A DNA stretch of 27,111 nucleotides from a virus (taxonomy: Duplodnaviria; Caudoviricetes): positions 1-27,111 of the IMG/VR virus record IMGVR_UViG_3300037470_000789; one strand, 5' to 3'. The position numbers and the translations under genes are program-made. How positions within the stretch are numbered: position 1 is the stretch's first letter; the number at the start of each line of letters is the position of its first letter. Positions 18,723 through 25,869 of the stretch are shown one piece after another. Under the pieces are notes generated by a model that was not told the DNA's origin, searched no databases, and worked only from the letters and a program-made list of their open reading frames with translations.

Positions 18723-20147
18723 TCACCACAGTCCTCTGCCGGCCCCGAGGCCGGCGGTGGCCCTTACCGGGCGGTCGATACGATCTCGTGATTTAGCGGT
18801 TACCGACTCGTAGGCGTATTCGACGGCCGGAGTGGTCGCGGCCTGCACCGCCAGGGCCAGCGCCCAGAAGCGGTCGGCATGGCCGTCCGGGGTGCGTTCG
18901 GCGGTGAAGCGGATATTGCCCGCCGCCGTGGTCTGTTTGGTTACCGAGCGCAGATCGGCGCGGATATGCTTGTCGTGGGGGATCCGCAGACGCCGGTCCT
19001 CCATGGCATTGCGGACCGGATAGGCGAGTGACTCCTTGACCCGGCCGGTGAAGGTGACCAGCTCGACCCGGTGAGTGCCGAACCGGTCCTCGGCGTCGTC
19101 GCCCCAGCCGATCCCCAGGCCGGTGTAATCGATGCAGGTTCGTTCCGCCCTGGCCATGACCGGCCAGATGATCGACTCCTGCTCGCTCTTGCGCATGTTT
19201 TGCAGAGAGATGACCGCGCGGGTATAGAGCACGTCGCCGAGCTTTTCGAGGAGCCAGAGCACGGTAAGATCCTTTTTGCGGCCGATATCGACCCCGGCAT
19301 AAAGCCGGCCGCCCTCCTCGGTCTGCCAGTCCATCCCCCGACCGTACTCGGCGGCCAGGATCAGGTCGTACTCCAAAAAGGCGGCGTCGTCGTCGGCCGG
19401 GTCGCACATGTACTCCTGCCGGAAGGACTCTTCGTCGGCGCAGCCGGAGCGGACAAAATCGAAATAATCCGCCTCGGTCATAACCAGCCGTTCATCGCCG
19501 GCCGGGAGGCTTTGCTGGAGCTTGTACAGAAAGCCCTGGTCCAGGGCGTCCTGGAGGGTGACCCGGTGCAGACTGATGTTTTTCGGGTTGCCCTGCTCCC
19601 GGGCCTCGCGGACCAGGTCGTTAAAAAAATTCTTGCTGCCCCGGTGGGTGGAGATCACCTCCATCGAGCCGCCCCAGGTGATGCCGGGATAGGCGATGGA
19701 CCAGAGATTGCGGGGATCCGGATTTAGGGCGAATTCATCGAGGACCCGGCCGCCGCGCTTGCCGGCCTGGGCGTCGGGGTTGCTGCTCATCGAGTGGATC
19801 CGGCGGCCGTTGGCAAAGCGCAGGACGTAGGCGGATCCGGCCCCGTCATCCAGCACCACTTCGCCGAGGTCTTCGGCGGCGATGGAGAGCACCTTCGCCC
19901 ACATCTTGCAATCTTCGATAAAGAGACGGGCCTGGATATCGTCCCGGGACGAAACCCACTGATCATGGGTATTGCCCTGTTTGGCGGTGCGCTCGACGCA
20001 GGCCCAGGCGGTGGACCAGGAGAGCCCGATCTGCCGGCCCTTTTCCATGAGCTTCAGCCGCGCCTGGTCCTTGATCCAGTCGCCCTGGTAGGCCAAAAAC
20101 AGCCCCCGGGGGTTGGCCGGGATTATTTTAGCGTTGCCTTTTGCCAT
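18723..20147 (-). CDS. Terminase large subunit, Mu gp28-like
   Basis: YQ..W, KGRQIGLSW Walker A, VLDE Walker B, QEYMC, GVDIGR..D, HADRFWALALA. Confidence 0.95.
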   Translation of the reverse strand: MAKGNAKIIPANPRGLFLAYQGDWIKDQARLKLMEKGRQIGLSWSTAWACVERTAKQGNTHDQWVSSRDDIQARLFIEDCKMWAKVLSIAAEDLGEVVLDDGAGSAYVLRFANGRRIHSMSSNPDAQAGKRGGRVLDEFALNPDPRNLWSIAYPGITWGGSMEVISTHRGSKNFFNDLVREAREQGNPKNISLHRVTLQDALDQGFLYKLQQSLPAGDERLVMTEADYFDFVRSGCADEESFRQEYMCDPADDDAAFLEYDLILAAEYGRGMDWQTEEGGRLYAGVDIGRKKDLTVLWLLEKLGDVLYTRAVISLQNMRKSEQESIIWPVMARAERTCIDYTGLGIGWGDDAEDRFGTHRVELVTFTGRVKESLAYPVRNAMEDRRLRIPHDKHIRADLRSVTKQTTAAGNIRFTAERTPDGHADRFWALALAVQAATTPAVEYAYESVTAKSRDRIDRPVRATAGLGAGRGLW

Positions 20148-20150
20148 TAG

Positions 20151-20726
20151 TTAAAATCCGAGGATATCCTTGCGGATGGTGTCGATGGTCTCTTGCGTAA
20201 TTCCCAGTTTTTTGCCGGTGCCGGCAACCCGCTCGGCCGCCTTGGTTAGGGCCTGCTTGCGGATCTCTTCCTCGCGTTTGACGTTTTCGCTCGCCGCCTT
20301 TTCCAGGCGCATGGCCGACAGCGACAGGCCGCGCAACATCTCGATTACTTCGGGGATCGAGTCAGCGGTCAGGTCGGTCTCCTGGAGCTTGAGGGAGAGG
20401 TCGAAAGCCAGCGTCCTTAAAATCTCGTTGACCAGGTTGCCGACCTGGCCCTGGGGGGCGGCGCCGAGCTTGCCGATCCACATCCCGGCGACTTCGCGGC
20501 TCTGGCGGAGCCTGGCCCCGGCCTCGCGCATCTGTAAATCGTAGCGGTTAACCGACGACTTGCTGAGCCGGTCCGGGTGGCCTTCGGCCGCTAAAATCTC
20601 GTTGATTTTAGCGGTCGCCGCGAGCTGGGTAACGCGCGGATCGCGGAGCAACTCCTGCAACCTGGACTTGATGTCCTCGGGCAGCAGATCGATACTGCTC
20701 TGGGCCTGGCGGGTGCGCTCGGCCAT
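20151..20726 (-). CDS. Terminase small subunit, Mu gp27 (DUF3486)-like
   Basis: SSIDLLP, SKSSVNRY, GITQETID.IR..ILG. Confidence 0.88.
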   Translation of the reverse strand: MAERTRQAQSSIDLLPEDIKSRLQELLRDPRVTQLAATAKINEILAAEGHPDRLSKSSVNRYDLQMREAGARLRQSREVAGMWIGKLGAAPQGQVGNLVNEILRTLAFDLSLKLQETDLTADSIPEVIEMLRGLSLSAMRLEKAASENVKREEEIRKQALTKAAERVAGTGKKLGITQETIDTIRKDILGF

Positions 20727-21026
20727 CTACAGGGCCTCCGGTTCCGGGCGGGCCACGCCGGGGACGGTGACGCAGCCGGTGGCCACATCCGCCCCGCGCC
20801 CGGTGATCTTGGCGACGATCAGGTTGCCGCGATCCATGGTGACGATCAACCCCTGCTCGGTCAGCCAATGCAGATCGGTGCGGAGCCGGTCGCGGGAGAC
20901 GGCAAAACCGAACTCGCGGAGGATGGCGCGGAGCATCGACTCATTGACGCTGTAGTCGGGGTCCTGATGCAACGAGTCCAGGACGATGCGGCGCCGGTGC
21001 GATTCTTCGAGGGCGGCGAAACTCAT
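20727..21026 (-). CDS. Mu gp26-like winged-helix protein
   Basis: RR.VL..L, NES, SRDRLRTDL.WL.EQGL, T.RG.DVA.G..PGVARP. Confidence 0.88.
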   Translation of the reverse strand: MSFAALEESHRRRIVLDSLHQDPDYSVNESMLRAILREFGFAVSRDRLRTDLHWLTEQGLIVTMDRGNLIVAKITGRGADVATGCVTVPGVARPEPEAL

Positions 21027-21400
21027 GAGTCCTCCCTTTTGATGTGATGCTCGATTAAAATCTTCATTTGATAGCCGATCCCTTTTAATGAGCCGGAGAT
21101 TTCGTCGACGGTCGATTTGACCCCGTTGATCTTTTCGTACATTTCGCCCAGGTCGCGGTGAGTGGGCAGGGCCTGGACCGAGCCCTCAAGAACAGTTGTC
21201 CTCTTTAAATGCCGGTTGCATTTATCGCCCTGGGCAAATTGGATTTTTTGCATTTCTTCCCGCACCTCCTTGATCTCCCTGGCCGTCGCCTTGTCGCGAT
21301 TGGTCTGCCAGACGTAGATGCCGAGGACCAGGTAGCCGACAAACTGGATTGCCTGGAGATAAAAGCCCCAGGCCCGGTAATCGATTGTTTCCACGCTCAT
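21023..21400 (-). CDS. Mu gp25-like (DUF2730) membrane-anchored coiled-coil protein
   Basis: One N-terminal hydrophobic helix, LE...ALPTH.DL motif; precedes gp26. Confidence 0.75.
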   Translation of the reverse strand: MSVETIDYRAWGFYLQAIQFVGYLVLGIYVWQTNRDKATAREIKEVREEMQKIQFAQGDKCNRHLKRTTVLEGSVQALPTHRDLGEMYEKINGVKSTVDEISGSLKGIGYQMKILIEHHIKREDS

Positions 21401-21403
21401 CTG

Positions 21404-21871
21404 TCAGCTCCATGCAATGGCGTCAAGTTTAGCCAGCTCGGTTTGATAATCCCCGGTGTGGTCGACTGCGGCGAGTTGGTTTTCCAACAACCTTTTCCGG
21501 CCGAAAATTTGGCCGCTGGCCGGTTTTGCCGCCTCCGCTACGGCGAGGATGTCCGCCACAACATCGGCTTTGGCCGATCCCTCCGCAGCCACCCGGCCGT
21601 CGATAAACGGGGTGGGGTGCTGATTATCCGCCGTCCAGCTTTCGGCTTCGGCAACCTGGACCCAAAAAGTTTCCTTCTGTTCCGTCGTATATGCGGCAAA
21701 AAGCGAGTTGACGGCGGCGCACTGGGCGTCACAGATTTCTTTGTATTTTTTGTTTATTAATTCCGCCAATGTAGGCTGACGGGCGGCGAGATCTTCCGCA
21801 GTCTCCGCTGACTCGGCGGTCGAGACGGTACGTTCTGCCGCGTTTAAAACAAAAATCATTTTTTTAGACAT
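21404..21871 (-). CDS. Tail-fibre-assembly-like protein
   Basis: Y..EQKETF..Q..EA..W.AD...TPFID..G.KR.LE pattern and terminal AIAW typical of fibre-associated proteins; start MSKK with RBS GGAGG. Confidence 0.6.
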   Translation of the reverse strand: MSKKMIFVLNAAERTVSTAESAETAEDLAARQPTLAELINKKYKEICDAQCAAVNSLFAAYTTEQKETFWVQVAEAESWTADNQHPTPFIDGRVAAEGSAKADVVADILAVAEAAKPASGQIFGRKRLLENQLAAVDHTGDYQTELAKLDAIAWS

Positions 21872-22658
21872 TGCGGCCCTCCACAACAAATGTGCCTGTA
21901 AACAGATACGGGGTAGTGGTATACTGACAGGTAATCCGTACCCCGTTGCAGCTTTCGGCGGATTTTTGATTACCAGCCGACCAGCCCCGGGTGATGGCGT
22001 TATCTGCCCGTGCGCTTATATAATTGGTCTCTACGTGAGTTTGGCGCCCGGGATCGGAAAGATGCCTGATCTCTATGCCGCCGCCCTTACCTTCGAAAAA
22101 CCAATATTTGCCGGCATTATGGTTTAGTTGCACGTAACCAGTTGTTTGCAGCTGGTTTTCACTGTAATTGCTCCCCGAAGATACCCGAAAGTTTGCCGAG
22201 GACGTATATGCTACGGACGGCACGCCGTCTTGCAAAAAATACAGACGCAGGTTTGAGTAATCTACGCCCGCGGCGGATATAATTGGGCCGACAGATCGCA
22301 AGCGGTAATAGTCATACGTGTCATCAAGCCCGGTAATATCGACAGCCGACGCATCGACAAAAGCCACGGTGGCCAGCTCGGTCCATTCACTGGTTCCGCC
22401 GCCGCCTGCGCTTTCATCCTGCCAGCCGGTATCCAAGTCGGCGGCGGAGAGCTTTTTGAGGACCTGGCCGGGATCGCCGCCGGGTGGCACGCCAGGGCCG
22501 GTCTCGCCCTGGTCGCCTTGCGGCCCCTGCTCGCCTTGGACGCCCTGCTCGCCTTGCGGCCCCTGGGGGCCGGGGACTACTCCGGAGACCAGGATCAGCT
22601 GCTGCTCGACCGTTTCGAGATTGAGGTCGTTATGGATTGAGTAAAGGACCAGTTCCAT
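21864..22658 (-). CDS. Collagen-repeat fibre-like protein
   Basis: Nine Gly-X-Y triplets, then VPPGGDPGQVLKK..DTGW and a beta-rich C-terminal domain with lower GC. Confidence 0.7.
   Translation of the reverse strand: MELVLYSIHNDLNLETVEQQLILVSGVVPGPQGPQGEQGVQGEQGPQGDQGETGPGVPPGGDPGQVLKKLSAADLDTGWQDESAGGGGTSEWTELATVAFVDASAVDITGLDDTYDYYRLRSVGPIISAAGVDYSNLRLYFLQDGVPSVAYTSSANFRVSSGSNYSENQLQTTGYVQLNHNAGKYWFFEGKGGGIEIRHLSDPGRQTHVETNYISARADNAITRGWSAGNQKSAESCNGVRITCQYTTTPYLFTGTFVVEGRNV
22491..22571 (-). repeat. Collagen Gly-X-Y repeat
   Basis: GPQ GPQ GEQ GVQ GEQ GPQ GDQ GET GPG. Confidence 0.9.
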
Positions 22659-22972
22659 TAAAATTTCCTGCCAAACTTGATTTTAAAGACCGGCCAGGGG
22701 AAATCCTCGCCGTCCGGCAGGGTCTCGACCACCCTGGCGTTAAAGCTGCCCTCCTCGTCGGTGTCGCCGGCGGCGAACTCGAATTCGAAAATCCCGCCGT
22801 CCTCATTGATCACCGTAGCCGGCAACTCCAGCGCTCCGGCCGGCATCTCGACCCGCAGGACAAAAGTTGAGCCGGTCAGCGGGATCGGCGCCTTGGTCTT
22901 TGTGACGCGCTTCTGGAAGCGGAACTTCGGCCGGATTGCGCCCTGGGTCATCTCAAAAACTTCAAGCGCCAT
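22658..22972 (-). CDS. BppU N-terminal-like small beta protein (fibre adaptor-like)
   Basis: QG..P..PIPLTG.T..A.V....G.F.F.F..GDT..G.F.A...PDG pattern; start MALEV; stop overlaps next start. Confidence 0.55.
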   Translation of the reverse strand: MALEVFEMTQGAIRPKFRFQKRVTKTKAPIPLTGSTFVLRVEMPAGALELPATVINEDGGIFEFEFAAGDTDEEGSFNARVVETLPDGEDFPWPVFKIKFGRKF

Positions 22973-23165
22973 TTTCGATCTCCCATTGACAGTCAACGCA
23001 ATGGCTGGCGGACGGCTTCAGCCGCCGGCGCTCGGCCGGGATCGGCTCGCCGCAGCCCAGGCAGATATCGGAGCCGGGGCCGGTCGGCATCATGCGCCGA
23101 TGGGCCTCCAGGCAGGCGGCGTCGTGGCCGGCTTTTTGCGCGTTGGCGCGATCCACGTCATCCAT
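22962..23165 (-). CDS. TraR/DksA C4-type zinc finger protein
   Basis: MDDVDRA..CLGCGEPIPAERR..CVDCQ. Confidence 0.92.
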   Translation of the reverse strand: MDDVDRANAQKAGHDAACLEAHRRMMPTGPGSDICLGCGEPIPAERRRLKPSASHCVDCQWEIENGA

Positions 23166-23758
23166 CAGTCGATGCCTCCGGTGATCAGATCCATGGTGCG
23201 GTCGAACTTCTCACCGGCAAACCAGTCGGAATGGCCAAAGTTGCGACGAACGATATCGACGCGGCGGGTTGGGTTGACCGGACCCTTGCGGCCCAGGGCG
23301 CCGTAGCCGAGCAGGTGACGGGCGGACCAGGTCGAGGCGAGTTTAAGCGCCCAATCCTTTTGGGCGATATAGACCCGGATCGAGGTCAGCCAGTGCGGCG
23401 GCAGGCTGTTGAGGCCGTTTTTACTAAAGTCCGCCTTGCAGGCGGCGGAGAGCAGGTGGAGCTCGGCGATCTCCGAGACGGCGTGGTCGCGCAGGCAGTC
23501 GCAGATCACGTCGCAGCCGTTACTGTGGCCGACCAGGACGATGCGCCAGCCCCGGTAGAAGTTGAGGACTCGAGCGAGCTTCGCGGCCCGCTTTTTCTGG
23601 CCGAAGACCCGGGTCAAGGGGCCGGTGTAATACTCGACCTTTTCGGCAAATGCGGCCCGGTTGACATGGCTCCAGGTCACCGCCCGGCCGGTCCAGTTTT
23701 TCGAATGGCCGGGCCGGGTCAAGATGCCGTTGACGTAGAGGTAGACGGTCTTTTTCAC
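23165..23758 (-). CDS. Alpha/beta hydrolase (lipase/esterase-like)
   Basis: Oxyanion VNGI, nucleophile elbow VGHSNG, candidate Asp (KDWAL) and His (GHSDW); GTG start with RBS GGAG. Confidence 0.8.
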   Translation of the reverse strand: MKKTVYLYVNGILTRPGHSKNWTGRAVTWSHVNRAAFAEKVEYYTGPLTRVFGQKKRAAKLARVLNFYRGWRIVLVGHSNGCDVICDCLRDHAVSEIAELHLLSAACKADFSKNGLNSLPPHWLTSIRVYIAQKDWALKLASTWSARHLLGYGALGRKGPVNPTRRVDIVRRNFGHSDWFAGEKFDRTMDLITGGID

Positions 23759-23761
23759 AAC

Positions 23762-24016
23762 TTACTCTCCGGCGCCCACGGGATGACATACCGCCAGGCC
23801 GTCGATACACCTGTCGATCTCGGCCTCGAATCGGTCAAAATCGTCGCTGTACTTTTCGGTGTCTTGCAGGCACCGGACATAGCCGGCCACGCAATCGATA
23901 ACCTCGACGGTCTCGACTGCCAGATCCGCCCTTTCCTTGTCTTTGCCGGACAGCAGCGAGCAGCCGGTCAGGACCAGGGTTATGGCGAGCATGATTGCGA
24001 TAATTGTTTTTTCCAT
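23762..24016 (-). CDS. Small lipoprotein
   Basis: MEK + hydrophobic stretch + lipobox LTGC; four further Cys; RBS GAGGT. Confidence 0.8.
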   Translation of the reverse strand: MEKTIIAIMLAITLVLTGCSLLSGKDKERADLAVETVEVIDCVAGYVRCLQDTEKYSDDFDRFEAEIDRCIDGLAVCHPVGAGE

Positions 24017-24074
24017 CGAGTTACCTCAGTTTTGAATTGTTCGGTCATTTGCGCCTCCCGCATCATCAAAGGGG

Positions 24075-24106
24075 GGCGGGACAGGAGCCGAAGCCCCCGC
24101 CCCGCC
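24075..24106 (-). promoter_or_regulatory. Leader hairpin with C(UUCG)G tetraloop
   Basis: Minus strand GGCGGGGCGGGGGC-TTCG-GCTCCTGTCCCGCC, 14-bp stem with three G-U pairs. Confidence 0.6.
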
Positions 24107-24132
24107 GTAGTCAAGGAGATAAGTTAGAGGGC

Positions 24133-24176
24133 ACAATACAAGGACGGGGGCGAAACAGTTAGCTGAAGCGGTTCAG
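24133..24176 (-). promoter_or_regulatory. Putative Mor/C-activated late promoter
   Basis: -10 TATTGT (24138-24133), no -35, and a dyad CTGAA-N4-TTCAG (24163-24176) centred about 43 bp upstream of the expected start. This is the geometry of Mu Mor/C sites. Confidence 0.55.
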
Positions 24177-24191
24177 AAGTTTAAAACAGAT

Positions 24192-24217
24192 ATGGCCGGG
24201 TTTTCAGGCCCGGCCAT
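24192..24217 (-). terminator. Rho-independent terminator ending the antirepressor operon
   Basis: ATGGCCGGG..CCCGGCCAT 9-bp stem followed on the minus strand by ATCTGTTTT. Confidence 0.65.
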
Positions 24218-24271
24218 GGAGGAGAGAATGGAGTTTGATTAGAGGTGATTTACAATAACCCGGGAGGAAAG

Positions 24272-24493
24272 TCAATCTCCCGCGTTTAGGTCGACCAGAG
24301 CCCGGTCGATGGTGGCGCCGACCGAAATCAGGATTAAACCCAGGCCGTGGGCCGACTGCCCGGTGAGGCCGCAGCCGCCGAAGTCGGTGGTAAAGTGAGG
24401 CGCGACATCGGAGAGGAAATTGGTAACCGCCAGGGCGTTGTTGAGCAGATCGGCAGGATGCTCGGAGCCGAAGGCCAGGACCGGGCCGTTCAT
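24272..24493 (-). CDS. Small hypothetical protein (73 aa) coupled to antirepressor gene
   Basis: ATG at 24493 overlaps the upstream TGA (ATGA); RBS AAGGTG; MNGPVLAFGSEHPADLL... Confidence 0.65.
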   Translation of the reverse strand: MNGPVLAFGSEHPADLLNNALAVTNFLSDVAPHFTTDFGGCGLTGQSAHGLGLILISVGATIDRALVDLNAGD

Positions 24494-25142
24494 GACAACA
24501 CCTTTACATCGAGGCCGCGCACCACACGAGACCGCTTGCCGGTCCTGCGGTTTCTCTTTTCCGCCTTGCGGACCGGCAGGCCGAGCTGGTAGAGGGCCTT
24601 GAAGAAGTTGCTGTAATCGTAGGGCAGCTCGCCGGCATCGCCGCACCAGTGGCGGTACATATCGTTAGAGGATGACCTTCTCCAGATGGTGCTCCGGATC
24701 GAGCCGGCAGAACTCCTCGACAAAAGAGGCGACATGACCGGTATCGAGACGGTCAGCCCCGGAGGCAACCGGCAGCCCAGGCGCCCCGCCTTCCAGCCTG
24801 CCCAGGCGTCCGGCATGGTTTTCCATCATACCGAGCAGCCGCTCGATCAGCTGGGCCAGGCGGGCGGGATCGGCTGCGCCGGCATGCACATAGCCGCCGG
24901 TCTCGCGGATCGCGATAAAGGCCGGGTTCGTCGACAATTTTCATCTCGCGTTGCTGACCACCTGACTGTAATCTGATTACAGTCAGGTGGTTCTCGGGGA
25001 CCTTTGCCAAAGCATTGGTGATATGCTCCAGACCAAGGGCATCACAAACGTCCTTGGCGACAAACCACGGTTTGCCGTTTTCGTCGGTGATCTCCCTGAC
25101 CTGACTGCCCTGAAAATTAAAGATTGCTGGCACGTTGTTCAT
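24490..25142 (-). pseudogene. Bro-N family antirepressor, disrupted
   Basis: FNFQG..VR..G.PWFVAKDVC.ALG..DEPGLYR jumps frame to AIRETGGY at ~24912, missing the usual intervening Bro-N helices. A second frameshift lies at ~24666 (CTC TAA CGA T; removing one A gives VILYDMYRHWC). Confidence 0.8.
24957..24991. repeat. Perfect 35-bp palindrome inside Bro-N coding sequence
   Basis: ACCACCTGACTGTAATC-T-GATTACAGTCAGGTGGT. Confidence 0.95.
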
Positions 25143-25199
25143 AATACTACCTCCTGAAATGGGGTTAAAGTCCCCGCCCCGGCGCTTGCAAACGCAAAA

Positions 25200-25275
25200 C
25201 GGGCGGAACCGAACGGGATGCAAGACCGGCAGAAGGCAACCGGCGAGCCCGAGGGCTCCCCGCCCGGCCCGCCCG
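25200..25275 (-). ncRNA. C4/CI-type antisense RNA
   Basis: 76-nt cloverleaf closed by CGGGCGG/CCGCCCG with GAGCCC-TC-GGGCTC arm. Loops GCCTTCTG and CTTGCA are complementary to sites both upstream and downstream on the same transcript. The overlapping frame has an Ash-like signature (AGFASP..GGPGGEPSGSPV). Confidence 0.8.
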
Positions 25276-25293
25276 AAAGGGAGCCGCGCTGTG

Positions 25294-25360
25294 GACGCAA
25301 AAAAACCGTCATAAATCTGTGGTGGCGGTGCGTCCGCCTTCTATTCGGGCTTGCAAACCC
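25294..25360 (-). promoter_or_regulatory. Upstream C4 target sites and attenuator-like hairpin
   Basis: Minus strand GGGTTTGCAAG (includes 25355-25350) and AGAAGGC (25342-25336), then GACGCA-CCGCCA..TGACGG-TTTTTTT-GCGTC. Confidence 0.65.
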
Positions 25361-25387
25361 GGCCGCCGGTATCCCGGCGACAGGAGA

Positions 25388-25417
25388 AAGATAGCCCAAA
25401 GGGCGGACGTTTGTCAA
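25388..25417 (-). promoter_or_regulatory. Sigma70 promoter for c4-antirepressor operon
   Basis: TTGACA (25417-25412) - 18 bp - TATCTT (25393-25388). Confidence 0.7.
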
Positions 25418-25461
25418 GAATGATTTGATTTTGATCTTTTTCATAGATATGATAGCTAGCC

Positions 25462-25869
25462 ATGAAAAACAGAATATCGATCATTTTTCTCTTTCTGATC
25501 GCGGGACCGGCTTTCGCCGACCGCCTGCCTGAAAAGTATTACCAGGCCGAGTGGTGCGAGGCGGCGGGCGGGGTTCAGGAATACACCCTGCCGGACCGGA
25601 CCCGATGCGATTGCCTGACCGAAAACCACGCGGTGGAGATGGACTTCGGCCGAAAGTGGGCCGAGGCGATCGGCCAGGCCCTTTACTACTCGGCCAGCAC
25701 CGGACGCCGGGCCGGGATCGTTTTGATCCTGGAGAGCCCGGAAGATATTCGCTACTGGCGGCGGCTGACTACAACTATTGAGCATTACAAACTCCCTATT
25801 GATATTTGGCAGGCTGGGGCGGGGGCGGCTAGGCTGCCTGTCGACAGTCGGCAGGACTCCTTACGCTGA
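25462..25869 (+). CDS. Exported hypothetical protein, PD-(D/E)xK-like nuclease fold
   Basis: Signal peptide MKNR..AFA|D; E..YQ, RCDCLT..AVEMD..KWAEAIGQAL.Y motif; the only credible plus-strand gene. Confidence 0.65.
   Translation: MKNRISIIFLFLIAGPAFADRLPEKYYQAEWCEAAGGVQEYTLPDRTRCDCLTENHAVEMDFGRKWAEAIGQALYYSASTGRRAGIVLILESPEDIRYWRRLTTTIEHYKLPIDIWQAGAGAARLPVDSRQDSLR

Noticed and set aside
2715-19727. Long plus-strand ORFs such as 2715-4217, 5565-6875, 12939-14042, 16185-17852 and 17414-18712
   Set aside because: Antisense shadows of GC-rich phage genes; no motifs or RBS, and fully overlapping well-supported minus-strand genes.
24957-24991. Palindrome as an attC site
   Set aside because: No RYYYAAC/GTTRRRY ends, spacers or extrahelical bases.
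25200-25275. tRNA gene
   Set aside because: Cloverleaf-like but lacks T-loop GTTC and D-loop consensus; its loops match flanking antisense targets.
25139-25444. Ash-family protein CDS
   Set aside because: Its start lies upstream of the predicted promoter. The Ash-like pattern is explained by the underlying C4 RNA and target sites.
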